DNA of 35,457 nucleotides from Parcubacteria group bacterium CG2_30_36_38 (lineage in GTDB: Bacteria > Patescibacteriota > Patescibacteriia > UBA2591 > CG2-30-36-38), in contig MNZE01000025.1 in assembly GCA_001873465.1 (NCBI GenBank), forward strand, positions 1-35,457, given 5' to 3'. The translations under genes were made by a program, and so were the position numbers. How positions within the stretch are numbered: position 1 is the first letter of the stretch; each line of letters starts with the position of its first letter. Of the stretch, positions 31,849 through 35,457 are shown in pieces. The notes beneath the pieces are model-generated. The model was not told where the DNA came from. It saw only the letters and a list, made by a program, of their open reading frames with translations, and searched no databases.

Positions 31849-32106
31849 ATGGCCGAAGAAAAACAAATTGGTAAAATTGCTCATTTTTTCGGTAAAATCA
31901 GCGTGGCAGTCATAGAATTGACGGATAACCTTAAAAAGGGTGATACAATCCACATTGTCGGCGCGGATCGAGATTTTACTCAGACCGTAGACTCAATGCA
32001 GATAGAGCATAAAGAAATCAAGGAAGCGAAAGCTAAAGATGCGGTTGGACTTAAAGTAGTAAGCCCGACAAAAGAAGGGGATGCAGTTTATAAAGTAGAG
32101 GAATAA
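31849..32106 (+). CDS. small EF-Tu domain-II-like beta-barrel protein (translation elongation factor-like)
   Basis: IGKIAHFFGKISVAVIELTDNLKKGDTIHIVG...VDSMQIEHKEIKEAKAKDAVGLKV resembles stand-alone EF-Tu domain 2 proteins. Confidence 0.55.
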   Translation: MAEEKQIGKIAHFFGKISVAVIELTDNLKKGDTIHIVGADRDFTQTVDSMQIEHKEIKEAKAKDAVGLKVVSPTKEGDAVYKVEE

Positions 32107-32131
32107 TTAACGATCTACGAATCAGAATTAT

Positions 32132-32162
32132 TTTTTAGCTTTTGAGCTGAAAAGTTTTTGTT
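32132..32162 (+). terminator. weak AT-rich hairpin with T tract after the 85-aa ORF
   Basis: ttttagct-tttg-agctgaaaa followed by gtttttgtt. Confidence 0.35.
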
Positions 32163-32165
32163 ATT

Positions 32166-32399
32166 ATGGAAGTAAAAACAGAGACAAGAGAGGAGAAAAA
32201 AATTTCAATTTCTAAAGACAAATGGTTAATCATTGGTCTTTTAATTGTGATATTAAATCCCTTGCCGGCTGGTCTTATCTTTAGTTTAGGTTTACAGGGC
32301 AGTCAAGAGACAAAAAAAGAAGGAAAATGGCTGACCATTCTTTCTTTGTTTTGGGGAGCAATTTCTATCACTTTAGCTTTAAAATATTGGACATCATAA
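32166..32399 (+). CDS. hypothetical small membrane protein (77 aa)
   Basis: Two hydrophobic segments: WLIIGLLIVILNPLPAGLIFSLGL and WLTILSLFWGAISITLAL. Confidence 0.5.
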   Translation: MEVKTETREEKKISISKDKWLIIGLLIVILNPLPAGLIFSLGLQGSQETKKEGKWLTILSLFWGAISITLALKYWTS

Positions 32400-32458
32400 A
32401 TCTGATTTAAGTCGGAGTCAGAAGCGTCCATTAATAAATTTCTAATTGTTTAAATTCT

Positions 32459-34398
<1,940 letters not shown>

Positions 34399-34415
34399 TT
34401 GTTTAAAATAAAAGA

Positions 34416-34453
34416 AAACCCCACACCAAAATTTAAAATTTGGTGTGGGGTTT
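34416..34453. terminator. bidirectional rho-independent terminator between groEL and the convergent HAD gene
   Basis: 12-bp stem ccccacaccaaa / tttggtgtgggg, with an A-run upstream and tttgttt downstream. Confidence 0.75.
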
Positions 34454-34455
34454 GT

Positions 34456-35193
34456 TTATAAGAGAAAAAGTGGGATTAAACCTTCCAAGTCTGAGAATTT
34501 CATGATTCGAATAACCTGGTGATGGAATTTTTTTTGCGCCTCATGATTTATAGATCGCTCAAAACTCCAGGTTTCTTTTGGAATGTGGACGCATCGTATC
34601 CCGGCTTTTAAGGCCGCTTCAACATCAGACCTCAAAGAATTCCCGATCATCCAAGTATGTGGATGCCCAAATCTCTCAGCCAATTGTTTCAGTACTTCCT
34701 CTTTTTTGAGATTGACGACTTTCACTTCATCAAAATATTTTCCTATTCTGCTCGCCTTTATTTTCCTCTGTTGCAAGATGTGATCGCCAGCTGTCACCAA
34801 AACTAAGTAAAATCTTTTTCTTAGTTTTTTGATAATTTCTATTATCTCCTTATCGATTTTAAACGGTCCTTTGTCAAATTTACTTGCTGTTTTGAAAATC
34901 TTTTTTTCAACTCTCGTTTTAGGTGTTATTTTCTTTTCCCGGCAAATTTCTTTATAGGTTTCTTCCCAGGCTTTCCCGAATCTTCCTCGGTGGAAGCCGC
35001 TTTTCCAGCTCAGCCGATCTTTTTCGTCAAATTTTTGCAGCACTTCCAAAGGATGCAAACTTTCTTCTTTCAACTCCTTGCAGATGATTTTAAGACATTC
35101 TATCATTGGTAGATGATACTTATGTATAGTTGGCATTAAAGTATCGTCCAGGTCAAACGCTAAACAGACTCTTCTCTCTATTTTTTTCTCCAT
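34456..35193 (-). CDS. HAD-superfamily hydrolase
   Basis: Motif I LAFDLDDTL, motif II LVTAG, and motif IV GNSLRSD. Confidence 0.75.
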   Translation of the reverse strand: MEKKIERRVCLAFDLDDTLMPTIHKYHLPMIECLKIICKELKEESLHPLEVLQKFDEKDRLSWKSGFHRGRFGKAWEETYKEICREKKITPKTRVEKKIFKTASKFDKGPFKIDKEIIEIIKKLRKRFYLVLVTAGDHILQQRKIKASRIGKYFDEVKVVNLKKEEVLKQLAERFGHPHTWMIGNSLRSDVEAALKAGIRCVHIPKETWSFERSINHEAQKKFHHQVIRIMKFSDLEGLIPLFLL

Positions 35194-35361
35194 TTTCCCT
35201 CCCTTTCTTGAAAAGAATTTTTATCCCTAGAATGGGATAAATTTAAGTAGTTATATTATAGAGAATTTTTTACTTTTGTCAAGATTGGCGTGGGGTGTAC
35301 GAAATTTTTTTTTAAGGTACAATTGAATAAGATTATTAATGGAATTTTTTATTTATATTTT

Positions 35362-35457
35362 ATGGGGCTTTCAGTGGGAATAGTTGGACTTCCAAATGTT
35401 GGTAAGTCAACTCTTTTTCAAACAATCACCAAAAGGCAAGTGGATATAGCAAACTAT
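35362..35457 (+). CDS. ychF: ribosome-binding ATPase YchF/OLA1, N-terminal 32 codons; continues beyond the window
   Basis: Hand translation gives [32 protein letters not shown], i.e. the G1 motif and the YchF-typical context. Confidence 0.85.
   Translation, partial: MGLSVGIVGLPNVGKSTLFQTITKRQVDIANY

Noticed and set aside
32400-32458. Looked for a CIRCE operator (TTAGCACTC-N9-GAGTGCTAA) upstream of groES.
   Set aside because: Only a vague half-match exists (ttaagtcgg...cgtccattaa) and the arms are not complementary. No HrcA-type operator is supported.

Overview
The window is AT-rich, tightly packed bacterial chromosome. By eye it resembles a reduced, uncultured lineage such as Candidate Phyla Radiation/Patescibacteria; this is inference and cannot be verified here. 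The standard code applies, because TGA terminates proS and rplM.

Content is almost entirely housekeeping:
- Left part: glyQS 3' end, an M16 peptidase, an AI-2E transporter, mreB, rseP, proS and a second mreB paralog.
- A minus-strand block: smc, rnc, tRNA-Gly, a YfcE-like phosphoesterase, tig, a NUDIX gene and nusA.
- Then a methyltransferase, an RRM RNA-binding protein and small membrane proteins.
- A minus-strand tRNA/protein mosaic: tRNA-Pro, an HTH-LAGLIDADG-like ORF, tRNA-Ile(UAU), a membrane ORF, tRNA-Ala and DUF3850.
- rarA followed by a five-gene hypothetical envelope cluster, then holA and a stand-alone 5'-3' exonuclease.
- The infA-rpmJ-rpsM-rpsK-rpsD-rpoA-rplQ-rplM ribosomal block.
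- tRNA-Gly(CCC), an AdoMet decarboxylase, tRNA-Thr, ftsE and an archease / Tmk-like kinase / RtcB cassette.
- groES-groEL, a HAD hydrolase and the ychF 5' end.

No CRISPR array, transposase, integrase or recognisable defence system is visible.

The most unusual observations are:
- a 723-aa SMC with no visible hinge, at the canonical rnc-smc locus;
- protein genes butted against same-strand tRNA genes, with gaps down to 1 nt;
- a tRNA-Ile with a genomically encoded UAU anticodon;
- a LAGLIDADG-like ORF bracketed by direct repeats inside the tRNA cluster;
- an archaeal-style archease-kinase-RtcB operon;
- RpoA without an alpha-CTD;
- a minimal ProRS with a Cys4 knuckle in place of the INS editing domain;
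- a GC- and purine-skewed intergenic island of unknown function;
- widespread absence of Shine-Dalgarno sequences, with several -10 boxes placed for leaderless mRNAs.

All functional calls come from motif recognition by eye. No database search was run.
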